A stretch of DNA of 63,708 nucleotides, the filler included, from Octopus bimaculoides (taxonomy: Eukaryota): NCBI RefSeq assembly GCF_001194135.2. It is 10 parts of 7 records of this genome, joined end to end, with 100 filler letters (N's around TTAATTAATTAA, not from the genome) between each part and the next. Parts side by side here need not be neighbours in the genome. Positions count along the whole stretch, not along the records: positions 1 to 24,728 come from NC_068989.1; positions 24,829 to 36,913 come from NC_068991.1; 8 more parts are not named here. One strand, 5' to 3'. Made by a program: the position numbers and the translations under genes. Of the stretch, positions 15,670 to 28,696 are shown piece after piece; position 1 is the first letter of the stretch, and every line of letters begins with the position of its first letter. The notes under the pieces were generated by a model. It saw nothing but the letters and a program-made list of their open reading frames with translations. It was not told the DNA's origin and did not search any database.

Positions 15670-15904
15670 GATAGAACTGGAGCTAATGACGTCGTCGCAG
15701 AATACCACCACGCAAAGCTACGATGGGATGGACTTGTCATAAAGTTCACAAACAATCGGTTAGTCCGTGCAACTGAGTGGTAAGGGTGCGAACAGAAGAG
15801 ACTATTCGGAAGACCTCGAATCAAGCGGGAAAATGTTTTAAGAAAGATGTTAGAAACAACGTGGAGGAGAATGGCGAGACCACGAGGGCAATGGACCAAA
15901 TGCT

Positions 15905-15908
<4 letters not shown>
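15670..15908 (+). mobile_element. RTE-1-like LINE C-terminal fragment
   Basis: RTGANDVVAEYHHAKLRWDGLVIKFTNNRLVRATEW*...KRLFGRPRIK...TTWRRMARPRGQW resembles the RTE tail motif RWAGHV..R.DNRW..EW.P...R.RGRP; same family as 57520-57895. A SINE-B head fragment lies just upstream at ~15627-15663. Confidence 0.75.
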
Positions 15909-15945
<37 letters not shown>

Positions 15946-16859
15946 NNNNNNNNNNNNNNNNNNNNNNNNNNNNNNNNNNNNNNNNNNNNNNNNNNNNNNN
16001 NNNNNNNNNNNNNNNNNNNNNNNNNNNNNNNNNNNNNNNNNNNNNNNNNNNNNNNNNNNNNNNNNNNNNNNNNNNNNNNNNNNNNNNNNNNNNNNNATAT
16101 TTATATATGCACATACATACACGCATATTTTCTTGTTTGAAGGAAGCTCATTGTGCGCTCTACACGCTACAGTCAATGTAAACTGGCCATATGTGTAAGT
16201 TATATGAGAAAATTTTATTTCAAATATTGGAACTTAATTTCCAAAAAACAGTTGCTTTTAGAATTATTTCAAATTTTGCTTTTTGTTTCTATGGAAAATT
16301 TCGTTCCGGATAATATTTGAGAATGCAAGTTAAAAGCAGTATAAATTAACAAGATCGAAATACTAAAAGTTACGCCGATGGTAAAATTCGGTTTTTTCTT
16401 CAATTTATTTTACATTGTAACAAATTAGCTTTTCTATGCTAAAGGCTTAGTCATAAATTTCTTGGAATGCTAGTAGCATAGATCTAGACAATAAAATAGC
16501 TTTTTATGTCTGAGTTTAAAATGACGAACATATTCTATTTAACGAGTTTTGCTGTTTCAGGAAGAAAGTGATGTTTCAAGTTCCGAGTAAAATCTCATGC
16601 GGCAATCTTCTCTCAATCCATGAAAATCCTATCAAAGAAGAAGGGAAAAATGAGGAAAATTTCCAAATAATTTTCAGAAAAATAATCTCAGAACTAATTC
16701 CTGGTTAGGAAATTTGTAACAAATGTCTCCAGAAATTATCAGATGTTAACTCATAATCGTCTAGTTTTTCTTCAGATGCTACTACGTCTGTAACTGAATA
16801 TAGCCAGAGAGCTTGAAAGATGTTTTCTTTCATTTTCTGAGAAAGTAGTTATTGTCATT

Positions 16860-19160
16860 TATTGAAACTCTGTCGGTACTTGGAGAATCAACAGCTGAAC
16901 AAATAGCTTTTGAAATATTAAAGTTATGGACAAAAGAAAGCAGAGATAACCCGGTGAAATGGAATATAAAAAAAAACTAATAAAAATCAATGAATCTTAT
17001 TTTACTAATTTCTAAAGTTGAAGGATTTCTCATCAGAAAAACATGTGAAATCTGAAGGAATCGGAAATTATTAAATGAGAAATATTTATTAGTTAATAAT
17101 AAACAAAGTGAACTAATTCGAAACTGGACAATACGTCACAAACATGAAGTATTTGATAAGTTAAAGAACCATATTCTGCATTTAACTTCATGCCTAGACA
17201 AGCGAAAAAAAAAACTGCCATAGAAAAATATCTTGTCACTGCCAAAAGAGAAATCAAGTTTTTATAAAAGATTTGGTTAGACAATTTTACAAGAGTCAGG
17301 AAGTGTGTCGGATTGTGCGTGGGAAGATCGACTTTGGTACATTGTGTTTACATATTCCATCAAAATATGTGAATGTTAGAACAGGACTTCCTGCCATTAC
17401 AGAAGAGGAAAACATTGATTTGAGAGAGTGTACTGTCAGTGTTTGGCTGCAGTTTTATGCAGTTCAACACTAGTAGGTTTGAAGATTAAATGCCCTAATG
17501 AGCCAGCCATTTGGGTATATAATTTTCAGCCTCTTGAGTGTTTTGAATGGCATTTCAAGGAATATTGTTTGGACGTTTTTATTTTCTGAAAAGCACAACA
17601 TCAAATGGAAAAATTCTTTTTAACACTGTGTATGCTAGCGAATCTGTGTATAATAAATGTCCCTCTTTGAGAGTTTTGGTTTGGATCTATTCAAAGCTTT
17701 CACTGATTTGACAATCTTTTTGTGGTTAATTACCGCTTTCATCAAGTCAATATTTCTTTTTAACAAAGAATTTATGAAATTTCTTGTATTTTGCTTTTGC
17801 TTTTGCTGATGTTGGAACTGATTTTGTTTTCATTTTATCTTTTCTTTGATTGTAATTTTAGTTAAGATTTTCATTTAGGTTGTTGATTTTATTGTAGTTG
17901 AGATTGTAGGGATGCACTGACTATCTTATGGACCGGAAGACAAGTGCAGTCTCTTTGAAGGAACAAGATTTTATCTTGAGGTAGTTCTTGTATTCAACAC
18001 TTCGTCTTTCTTCACAGACAGCTATAGTTTAGACCTTCGATTTGACTTTGCCATTCAGCAAGTTCACTGATGTTGTAGTGAGTGAGGGGAGAGACGACCG
18101 TTCCTAAGCTTTCATGTTTATGGTTTTTCTACGGTAAGAGCAGAAAGCATTTGAAGTGATTGATGAAATGCAGTATAACCCTAATTGTCAAGGGAAAGAG
18201 AGAAAAAAGCAGCGCATATATTTATTGAACGATTTTGTTAGAAGCCTTCAAGTTCTCAAGATGCAGGATTTTATTGCCAAAGATCCAGTTGCATTTAGAT
18301 CAGAGAGAAAAGGATCCTTGAAAAAGAAATGTTGGTTTTAAGAGATTTTGTGGAAAATTATTCATTTATTTACAAGCTGCAACACGAGACCTGAAGTGCT
18401 TGCATCAGAAAGTTTTGCATTTGGAGATCCTATAACAACAAAAAAGAATTTACTAACTCACAAAATAAAAAAAAATGTAAAAGTCATCACAAATTGGAAA
18501 ACAAACAAAGAATCCCACGAAACAAAGAATCTCTCAAAACAAAAGCATTCAACGAAGTGACGGGTTGGTGGAAGCTATGGTGTGATTGTTGATCTATGAA
18601 AAGTGGCTTTTTAAGCAATAGGGATACCAACTCATATCATAATAAAAGGAAAGGACCTGATGTACATTATTATAGTGGAGTTCTCAGATTGCCACCGCCA
18701 TAACAATGTGAAGTTCATTTGCATCAAAGAATCCTAGTAGACCATCTGAAAACTCACTTTGAATCTTATGATCTTATGATCTGCAGATAGAGCCGTTGCG
18801 TAACAATAAAGTTACGGAAACTGTTAATTTGTGTAATCATAGAGCAGACTTTGGAAGGAAAGTAGAGTATCGTTTCTGTCACTTACCTGGGAAAGGACCA
18901 AGTGACTGACATTGTAAATAGTCAAATTGCAAGAACCAGCCTGTATGGGTCCTATAATGATCAAGTCATGACAGTTGTTTGAATAGTGGAGAGCTCATAT
19001 TCCAGGGACTAAATTCTTGCATTCATTGAATAACGACCGGATAAAAGAAGAATGCAACTTAGAAGAAAGATTCAACAACGCAAACACGAGTCTAGAAACA
19101 GAAATTGCACAGCTTATTTCTGCGCTTCGGGATAAATTGGAAGGGAAAACATCTTTAAGC
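16860..19160 (+). pseudogene. Heavily decayed DDD transposase, Sola-like (closest recollection: Sola2 group), interrupted by two apparent insertions
   Basis: Collinear motifs across frameshifts: ETLSVLGES; NWTIR; DLVRQFYKSQEVCRIVRGKIDF; LCML...KCP; QDFIAK...ERKGSL; EMLVLRDFVENYSF (D1); IIIVEFSDCHRHN; VHLHQRILVDHLK; SADRAVA (D2); NLCNHRADFGRKVEYRFCHLPGKGPSD (D3); ARTSLYGSYNDQVMT; LEERFNNA. TIRs not located. Confidence 0.8.
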
Positions 19161-21262
19161 CTCGTTGGTGTTACGCCATAGGGCGAGGTCAGAGGAGTTT
19201 CTAACGCCGTTACTGATCTTCCTGATAAGCCGTTTGCTCACCTGTCCGATCTCCGATTTCGCAGGGACTCCAAGTTAAATTTCAACGAAATTACTCAATG
19301 AATCATACACGGTACGTTATGTAGTTTAGAGTAAAAGACAATTTATGTGAGAAAAATGGAGGAGAGTTTATGCACATGGAATATATCATTGAAAAAAGAT
19401 GCATGTTTGAAACGATTATGTTGGCAGTGTGTAAGCATCGAAAAGTTACTTCCTTCTGCAACCGATTTGAGTGAAGGATGAATTAAGCTAGGCTACTAAT
19501 TCAGTTAGCGAGCGCTAGAGATCAAATAAATGTTGCATGCTAATATGACAACATATATGCAAAAGTTATCGCAAACACATTGAAATAGGAAAACTGAGAT
19601 TTGATTGGTTATCTTATAACTGATGAAAAATGAATTATATTTAATCATTGGCATATGTGCAAAGTATTTTGTTATACGGGACATTCTCATCTTTTAAAAA
19701 CTATACCTAGAGAACATTCATAAGCAAGGCAAGTGTATCTTGGATTTAATTTTGATAAATGAAATTTTCAGTGGCGTAGGAAATTACAGACTTTTAGTGG
19801 GTAAATATTATTCAAAAGTAATTACCAACTCTCTAAGCAGAGTGACACGGCTCTATAAAATATTGACTGGCTCTAGTCTGCATTTGCCATCTTTTGAGAA
19901 CTGCATGTCAAATATTGCAGCTTTCTTGATCAAGCTATTTAGCTGAAAAACTCGAATACTTCTTTTGAAGTTCGCCGCATCAACTATGAAAAGTCTGTCT
20001 TTGCTGGTTGATCGTGACATATTTTATGGTCTTTTATGAGAGTATGGTAAGTAAAAATCTTAAACGGAGAATTCTGAGAGCAATGACTCAAAACTTGGTA
20101 GGTGCTTCGCTACATTTATATGGACATTATCATTTAAAAGCTTTTTGTATATTCTACACACTACTATCAATGCAACCCGGTTACTTGTTAATGTAATACG
20201 AGAAAATTTTACTAATTGTTTCGAATTATTATTGTAAAATATCATTCTGGGGAAACGCTTGAGAAAGCAAGTTATCGCAGTTCAAATGCACTGAGTCAAA
20301 TTCGAATAGTTGGTACAGAGTTGTTACAGTAAAAACTCTAACAAATTAAATATGCGTTATAGAATTTCTTCTTATTATGTGGATTATGATTTATTCTTCG
20401 GCAAACCCTCATTTCGGTGTGACCGCTTTGAAACTAGAATTTTCAACACTTGAAGAATTCCGACAGTGGTCTGGACGGAACCCGACAGTGTTGATAGCCC
20501 AGAATTCGGGTTGAGTGCTACTCTGGAAATACCCTACCTTTACACCCTGCCAGGACGTATATGTATGTATGCATGTATGTATGTATGTATGTATGTGTGT
20601 GCGTATGCGCGTGTGTGAGTGTGAGTGTGTGTGTGTGTATGTGTATGTGTGTGTGTAATTATGAAATTCCAATCATTTTAGTATCCCAAGTTAGACCATA
20701 AATAGATGGGACAATGGAAACTACGTATAATATAAAGTACTGTGCTTAGCATTCAATCGTATCTGCCAGGTTTTCAATTGTTTATAAGTGATTTCCTCCA
20801 CACAGACAGAGGTCCCTCATTATTTTCACACTACATTAATCGTTACAGCTGATGCAGACGGGTTTAAGTAGGATCCAAGTCAGGAGTTTATCTCTAGTTC
20901 TGTAGTTTTCGCTATAATTCGCTCCAGAAATAATAGGACGGAAACTGTAAAAACAGCACCTGCTGACATAAACTACAGCCACCTTAAGTCTCACACGTCA
21001 CCGTAAACGTACGAGCTATTTATGATCTGTCACTGCCTGATATATGATCTATAGCAATAGTTAATTTGATCTTAGCATATATCGTCGTGTTAAACCGTTA
21101 ATTCTGACATGCATTTCTCTCTCTCTCCATTTTCCCCCTTCATCCCTTCCTGTCGAAGAGTGTAGATTGGAAATGTCAAGGACTTTACCTTTCTTCCCGA
21201 GCGTCAAATTAATACACCTGCTTGTTGTTCCCTCAATCGTCTTTGCGTTTTGCTTACTGTAC

Positions 21263-21347
<85 letters not shown>

Positions 21348-21524
21348 CATGTGTGTATGTGTGCGTGCATGTGCGTGTGTATGTATGTGTGTATGTGTCT
21401 GTGTGTATTACAAAAGTAAAAAAAAAAGACTAGCACATTAATATTGGTATTAATTTAACGTGGGTGAGATAGAAATATTCGTTTTTGACGTTTCGAACTG
21501 TTTCAGAGAGAAAAAAAATCGTGA

Positions 21525-21575
<51 letters not shown>

Positions 21576-21775
21576 NNNNNNNNNNNNNNNNNNNNNNNNN
21601 NNNNNNNNNNNNNNNNNNNNNNNNNNNNNNNNNNNNNNNNNNNNNNNNNNNNNNNNNNNNNNNNNNNNNNNNNNNNNNNNNNNNNNNNNNNNNNNNNNNN
21701 NNNNNNNNNNNNNNNNNNNNNNNNNNNNNNNNNNNNNNNNNNNNNNNNNNNNNNNNNNNNNNNNNNNNNNNNNNN

Positions 21776-21822
<47 letters not shown>

Positions 21823-21996
21823 CAAAATAACTGAAAGGAAAAGAATGGAATATAAACTGACGTGAAGTACCTGAGCCGTTTTTAAATAAGGCAGAAATAT
21901 AGAAAATGAGAGAATATTGTGTTCAGCGATGATAGTTACAAAAATGGGAGATAAAGCATGAGAAGATGAATACGTGAGTGTGAGATAGAAGTAGTC

Positions 21997-22073
<77 letters not shown>

Positions 22074-22763
22074 GTATGTTTAGTTAGTGTGAAGCGTGTA
22101 TGAGTGTATGCGAATGTCGAGTGCATGTTTAACGTTGTATGCATATTACGCGTGTGTGTGCATGGTGCTATTTGGATGTTTGTGCATGGTTATTTTTAGC
22201 GTGTGTCGATAGAAATGTCCGTGTGCTTGAGTAAGTGTGAGTGTGTAAGTGCGTATGTGTATATGTGTAACTGTGGAGTGTGGATTGTGGTGCGCGCGTG
22301 AGCATGTGTGTTGGCTTGTGTATTGGCTTGTGTGTAATGTGTGTAATAGAAGAGAATGAACTCGAGAATTCAAACCGCGTAGAGCAAAACTTTCGAGAGA
22401 GAAAATTAATTCTTGTTCTCTCCGGAGGCGAGATATCGGAGATTCGGCATGCAAAGCAAGACTGAAAATTATGCACCAAACACGTACGTAGCAGCACATG
22501 CATGCATTACAAACACACAAGAGGACATACCTAACACATATAGACAGAGATAAACTAAACAAATTACACACACACACATAAATGGCAAACACGTACACAC
22601 GAACACCTACACACGAACACCTACACACGAACACGTACAGACGAATGCGTACACATGTGTCTACATACATAGAAAATAAGCAATCTCAACATACTCCAAC
22701 AAAGCTACAAACATATACACGTACATGTGCACACATAATAGCCAATTTAAACAAGGATTCAAC

Positions 22764-22813
<50 letters not shown>

Positions 22814-23304
22814 ACGCACACGCACATACACTTTCGAAATAAATCATAAACTTTCAGGAATCCGAACTGGAAATGAGCTGAAAGGTTGGTGAATATGATC
22901 GATCATCATTCCAGGACATCAAAAAATAACACTGTGTTCTATCTATGTGACCTAACTTCGTGACCTAATTTCGCAGTGTGGTGATTCTGTATACATATTC
23001 ATTTATAACCAATGCTGCATCGGTACTATAGTAATAAACTAGTATCACTTTCCTCTATGAAGCTTCTTATGTGTTTATGCCCATTTTGACAAATGGTGCA
23101 ATAGTCAAGTATTACTAATACTGTGTATAATCTTTTTTTTTTTTGTCTTCGGTCAGTAAGTGTTATTTCCTACTTGCTTCTACGTAGGCATCAAAGGAAA
23201 TGATTACTATTTCCTTCAATCATTCCTTTTGTGAACTGGACGTTGATGTTCTGAAACTGACCTATTTTCCATACACTTCAGACAGGTTCAGTGCTGAGTT
23301 ACTG

Positions 23305-23490
23305 AAGCAGAAATATCATCATAGCAAATATTCTACTCAATACCGCTGATTTGCTTGTCAGTTGCTTGACCATGACTACTTGAGCATGTCCCTTAGTAGC
23401 TGAGAATATGTGTGTCATTGATCATGATCAGGAATAGTGAGGGAGCTTCAATAGCCATGTTTTGAAAGGGATTCTTTGGGATTTGAATAA
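23305..23490. mobile_element. Internal fragment of family F repeat, opposite orientation to the 7334 and 47425 copies
   Basis: GCAAATATTCT-CTCAATACC-CTGATTTGCTTGTCAGTTGCTTGACC...GAGCATGTCCCTTAGTAGCTGA is the reverse complement of the ~7610-7780 segment. Confidence 0.75.
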
Positions 23491-24370
23491 ATGTAACAAA
23501 AGCAAAGTTTGAAGGAAATATTAGCCGTTTTTCATACTTTGTAGAGGTAACCAAGTAAGAAATAAAAGTTGCTACCCAAGGAAATAACAATTACTACTCA
23601 AGCAAAATATTAAGAGAACTGAATCAAAGCAAATGAAATCTAATTTAATTATTCCAAGAAGAAAGCTTGTTGGTTGGAACAAACAGAGGGTAAAATGAAA
23701 CCAGAATTTGCTTAAAAATATTCCGTAAGTATTAATTTTCAGGGATGATAAAGTGGAGGAAGATTAAGGAAAGGATTATTTGACTTGAAACCCTAGTTGC
23801 TGTCTATACAATTCAGATTAATAAAAACAAATAGATATAAATAGAAACAATAAAATAAGAATGATCGATAGATGATACCTGTAGTATTTCCTTAGTGTGC
23901 AGTGATGAGTTTAAGCTAGAGTACGTTAGCATGTAGTGATGAGCTTACAAACCTTCTACGTGTTGGAGAGGAAATAGTCTATGATAAACTGACTCTGAGT
24001 CAGTTGCATGTATAGTGGTAACATATTTAAGTGTTTCTACTACGTACATTTTTTTTATTGTCTTTATTCGGAGGAAGAGACTGTACTCTCGACTTTTACA
24101 ATCTTATCTCACGAGATCGAGGAGATCAACACAGTTAATGTTTCTATTGAATGATTACAAATTATTGCCTGCAGGAAAAAAATATGCGAATTGTGGAAGG
24201 ACAGCGTTCTGGGGAGGAGGAACTCGATATAGTGAATAGTGATGGTTAAGAGTAGGGAAAACAATGTAGGTGGCGAGAGAAGATATAAGTGAGTCGCGAG
24301 GACCTGAGTGGAGGCGACATAAAATGAATCAATTCTGAGGAGTCCTACTACTGTAGTAATATCAAAGAGG

Positions 24371-24728
24371 CATACATACATACATACATGGTGGTTGTCT
24401 ACTCCTTAAACAGAGTTTGACCACCTCCTGCACCTACACCTTAGCCCTTTCATGGCGTCTGATGTGGCTTTTTAAACCAGACAGTGTTTTGAAAAAACAC
24501 CCACACAGATTGCACCTCTGATTTGCACTACCAATACCTGCAAGTAAGTTCTGCTCATTGTGGATCCTAACATGTCTTTTAAGACCCCCATTGGATTTGC
24601 AAACCCTCTGGCACACACCACATTCAAACGTGTGCACAGACATATAATCAGAATAGCTGGGTGAGGTTTGTTTTCCATGGGTTCGCAGGTGAGATTTGAG
24701 GCCAGCCAAGGACAGACATGGTCTGTCA
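24371..24728 (-). mobile_element. 3' end of an RTE-type LINE whose ORF terminates in three C2H2 zinc fingers; (ATGT)n tail
   Basis: (C)DRPCLSLAGLKSHLRTH, CGVCQRVCKSNGGLKRHVRIH and CNLCGCFFKTLSGLKSHIRRH; stop at 24434, 44-nt 3' UTR, then (ATGT)n. Finger 1 resembles the single terminal finger of the RTE at 31575-31630 (NVCSRVCLSRAGLIIHQR). Confidence 0.75.
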
Positions 24729-24828
24729 NNNNNNNNNNNNNNNNNNNNNNNNNNNNNNNNNNNNNNNNNNNNTTAATTAATTAANNNNNNNNNNNNNNNN
24801 NNNNNNNNNNNNNNNNNNNNNNNNNNNN

Positions 24829-25120
24829 ACTACCATCACCACCACCACCACCACCTCCGCCGCCGCTATCAACAACAAACAAATAAATAATAGCCGTTAT
24901 TCAACATCATTAACTAACAACATCCACTCCACCCGTAAACAAACAGACGTTACCATCGCCAATCTGTCATTGCCATGACAACAAATAAACATCGTCACCA
25001 CCATCATCACCATCACTACCATCACTACCATCATCGTCAAGATCATCGCCATCATAACCACCGCTACTATCATTACCATCACCATGTCAACGATCAACAC
25101 AATCAATTATCGTCATCGTT
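24829..25120. repeat. Degenerate (CAC/CAT)n low-complexity tract
   Basis: Visible ACC/ATC trinucleotide reiteration; a similar tract lies at 33720-33835. Confidence 0.8.
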
Positions 25121-25214
25121 TGGTTTTCTTTAACTTCCTTTCGTTTTTCTTCTAGATCTCTTTGTTTTTTTTCTGTGCTTTATTTCCTATTTCTTTTTCT
25201 CTCTGTCTATCAAA

Positions 25215-25315
25215 GGCACAGACATGACTATACGGTTAGGAAATTTACTTTGCAGTAACACGATGTTTCGGGTTCAGTCCCACTGCGCGACACTTTGGCC
25301 AAGTGTCTTCGATTG
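25215..25315 (+). mobile_element. Degenerate SINE family B head fragment
   Basis: CGGGTTCAGTCCCACTGCGCGACACTTTGGCCAAGTGTCTTC matches the family B B-box/core start. Confidence 0.65.
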
Positions 25316-26417
25316 GGTTTGCCAACAAATTCATTCTGGTTTTGTCGACACTAAACTTCAAGCACTCTAATAAGTAGCTAACTTCAGTTTGTCCCTTGAG
25401 CATGCGCGCTCGTTAAATACATCACATTTCAGCGAAGTTTGATGCGAACTTGCAACAAGATAGGGACCTTTTCTGTTTGGCTGCCACTTTTCAATTTCTT
25501 CAATTTTTGTTTCAATTGATTTTATATTTGGTGTATTGATGTAGTTTTGTAAAGTAATCATTGGCATGGAATTCATTTTCACCATAAATCAATAAAGAGT
25601 TAATAACATTTGAAGTTTGCAAATGTTGGGTAATTTTAGCCAATCGAAAGCAACACGCCAAGCTGTTACCAAGTTGCTTATCACGTGTTTTTTTATCGCT
25701 TATTAAATGCTTAAAACAGTATGAGATGATCATGAAATGTGCTAGAAATAACAGCTAAATAGGCCTTAGATTACGTACGAATTTTTTTGCATAATCGTAT
25801 GAATTCCCCAAAAAACAAACAAAAAAAAGTTATAAGGGGTTACATGGCGTGTGTACAGCAACATTCCGCTAATATTTCAGTTGACAATACATGCTGTCAC
25901 GCACAAAATGACAGGTTACAAATTCTGCTTTCTGATTAGGTAAGAATGATCAAGCTTTAAACCTCTGTAATTTGTTTTTTTAAACAACTTTTCTGGGAAA
26001 AGTGAATTACTTCCTGAGATTCAACATGAAAAATTACACCAATACACCAAATTTTCAAATTTTCACTAAGCTTTAAAATTTCCACGTGTGCAGTAAAACA
26101 GAAAAGATCCCAGGGCAGGTTATATTGTCTGTACTTGGGACCACCCTGAAAACAGAAACCAAAACGAACATTATCGACACTTCATGCTTTTTTTTTACTT
26201 TCAAAAAACAAGGAAGCGGCAGAAACTTGCAGGAAGATATGCGCAGAGTGCAGTGAGGATACTATTTAGGAATGAGTGTGCTGGGTCTGGTTTTCACGAT
26301 TTGCATTGTCTACAGGTCAAATACTATACAGTTGTTGTGTTGAAATTTGATATAGGCCACTAAATCTCGTGGTGAACTTAAATCTTTAGTATTTGTTTAT
26401 TTGTACTTCCCTACCTG

Positions 26418-26805
26418 GTGGAGGCGCAATGGCCCAGTGATTAGGGCAGCGGACTCGCGGTCATAGGATCGCAGTTTCGATTCCCAGACCTGGCGTTATG
26501 AATGTTTATTGAGCGAAAACACCTAAAGCTCCACGAGGCTCCGGCAGGGGATGGTGGCGAACCCTGCTGTACTCTTTCACCACAACTTTCTCTCACTCTT
26601 ACTTCCTGTTTCTGTTGTGCCTGTAATTCAAAGGGTCAGCCTTGTCACACTGTCACGCTGAATATCCCCGAGAACTACGTTAAGGGTACACGTGTCTGTG
26701 GAGTGCTCAGCCACTTGCACGTTAATTTCACGAGCAGGCTGTTCCGTTGATCGGGTCAACTGGAACCCTCGACGTCGTAAGCGACGGAGTGCCAACAACA
26801 ACAAC
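26418..26805 (+). mobile_element. Full-length tRNA-headed SINE family A (~385 bp) with (CAA)n tail and target-site duplication
   Basis: A box TGGCCCAGTG, B box GTTTCGATTCC, tail GTAAGCGACGGAGTGCC(AAC)n. TSD is ACTTCCCT(A/G)CCTG at 26405-26417 and 26804-26816. Confidence 0.93.
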
Positions 26806-27596
26806 TTCCCTGCCTGAGAGTTAGTGGCTTATATCAAATTTAAACGCAATATCTGGATAGTATTTGACTTGCAGACAATGCAAAGGTTTTCGTGTATGAG
26901 GACCCAATTACAAACACTAATGTTTTCATGACTGACCCTTCCTCAATTTCGGTCATCTTCTGTCCCTTTTGCTATCAAATGCTTCCCCTCCTCTATTTAG
27001 TCTATCCCTTCCTCTTTTCCTTTCATTCCTTCTCTCCGCTTTAGTCCTTTTTTGTTTTTTTTTGTTTTTGCAAATCATCACTTCTCTTCTCCTTTCCTCT
27101 TTATCTATCTCCCACTTACCTTATACTTATACTTATTCTTTTCGTACCCCTCCTCATGCCTCAATCATTCATTGAGTTTTCTACCTGGTCATAACCAGAA
27201 ACGACTGACGAAAGTAGCATTAATTTTCTAGGTCGCTCAATTTTTCTAGGTAGCACAATTTTCCTCTATCGATCAATGAGACGATTGAACAAACTTATCA
27301 ATAACGAACCTATAATGACTACTGAAAACAACTTTAAATCAAATTTACTACAATAAACAAAAATATGTAATGACCATTATTTATGCCTTGCTTTGTATAT
27401 AAAAACCAGTATAAATGGAACACAGCAATGGATTTACAATAGAGAATGGTGATGAACTTTAACCTCGACCCTGGTACAAGAATACACGGAGCTCTTTACT
27501 AATCTAAACAATATTGTTAGCCTGGTATACTAACACAGAACTTATAAAGTATTTTGCCGGGACTGATAATTCCTCACTAATAACTCTGTTACACAC

Positions 27597-27654
27597 ACAC
27601 ATAGTCTTCTGCTCATATATGCTCATCCTCATGTATGTATGTATGTAAGTATGT
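27597..27654 (-). mobile_element. Tiny remnant of the (TACA)n-associated Dong-like family
   Basis: Minus strand (CATA)n then GAGGATGAGCATATATGAGCAGAAGACTATGTG, close to AAGGATGAGTGTATATGAGCAGAAGACCATGTG at ~10171-10203 (RMS.YEQKTMC). Confidence 0.65.
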
Positions 27655-28185
27655 TTGCTATATTTTGTTAGTAAAACTGATCTCTCCATGGATATCTTGC
27701 ATTCCTTCTGCTGGTGGTGAGTGTAATGGTGGGGTGGAGTAAGAATTCTATATTAGCTGGGTGTGTCTTCGGAATTGATACACAGTTGCTCGAATCAGCT
27801 ACAAACAGCAGCGACTTCAACATCCCATCACCACCACCACCACCACCACCACCACACATGCAAATCCTCCTCTGTCGTCTTAATAAAAAGAAGGACACAT
27901 AGGATAATGCTGTTCTAGATATTGTATGACTCAAAAAACAAGAAGCAACAACAAAACGAAACGAAGATGATGGGATGGCAATGACAGACACGATTTTGAT
28001 CCCAGTCTATTGTATCAGGACTGGCCTAGGGTTAAACAGCAACAACACCAACAACGATAGCAACAACAACTACTGATGTGTTTTCGTTTTCCTGTCCAAT
28101 TATGTTTTATGCCGTATGATTCACTGTTGTTGTAGTGACTTTATGCTACATATGTGCGGACGACCATTGATATTCTGGCCCCAAA

Positions 28186-28253
<68 letters not shown>

Positions 28254-28254
28254 A

Positions 28255-28615
28255 CTCGACTCCGTCGGTCACGAATGACTATGGGTGCACCTAAGAGGTT
28301 CCCCTCCGGGGTACAAGTTTGGGCGTAAAGTCGCCTCACCGGCGAACGCACAACCAAGGGTTGATTTTATGGAAGATCAGTAGTCGCCCATGCATACCAG
28401 CTTCTCCTCTCCACACCACTGATGTTATCCAAAGGAAAGGCGAAGGGGCCGATAGAACTTGGGACCAGTAACGTCGCAACTCATTTCTACAGCTGAGTCA
28501 ACTGGAGCTACGTGAAATAAAGTATCTTGCTCAAGAGCACAACACGCAGCCCGGTCCGGGAATCGCACTCACAACCTAACGATCGTAAGCTCGACGCTCT
28601 AACCACTGCGCCTTC
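28255..28615 (-). mobile_element. tRNA-headed SINE family E sharing the GACGGAGT 3' motif with family A
   Basis: Minus strand reads GGCGCAGTGGTTAGAGCGTCGAGCTTACGATCG...GATTCCCGGACCGGG head, TGTGCTCTTGAGCAAGATACTTTATTTCACG core, and GTGACCGACGGAGT end. Confidence 0.75.
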
Positions 28616-28696
28616 ATATATATATATATATATACACACACATATACATACACATATACATACGCACATATACATACACACACATATGTGTATATA

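Noticed and set aside
24773-24784. Repeated TTAATTAATTAA 12-mer as a regularly spaced (CRISPR-like or regulatory) repeat
   Set aside because: Always centred in N runs; it is a synthetic assembly linker.
26418-26490. tRNA-like sequences at SINE heads (also 29390, 33473, 36351, 49210, 55400, 62601)
   Set aside because: A and B boxes are present but there is no matching acceptor stem, and each continues into a SINE body.
26502-26750. Recurrent ORF MFIERKHLKLHEAPAGDGGEPC... (also 29186-29371 and related frames)
   Set aside because: Lies wholly inside SINE family A; the recurrence reflects SINE copy number.
27672-27716. Candidate 45-nt symmetric exon (TTTTGTTAG|...KTDLSMDILHSFCW|GTGAGT)
   Set aside because: Splice-like signals only; adjacent to a LINE remnant and no protein similarity recognised.
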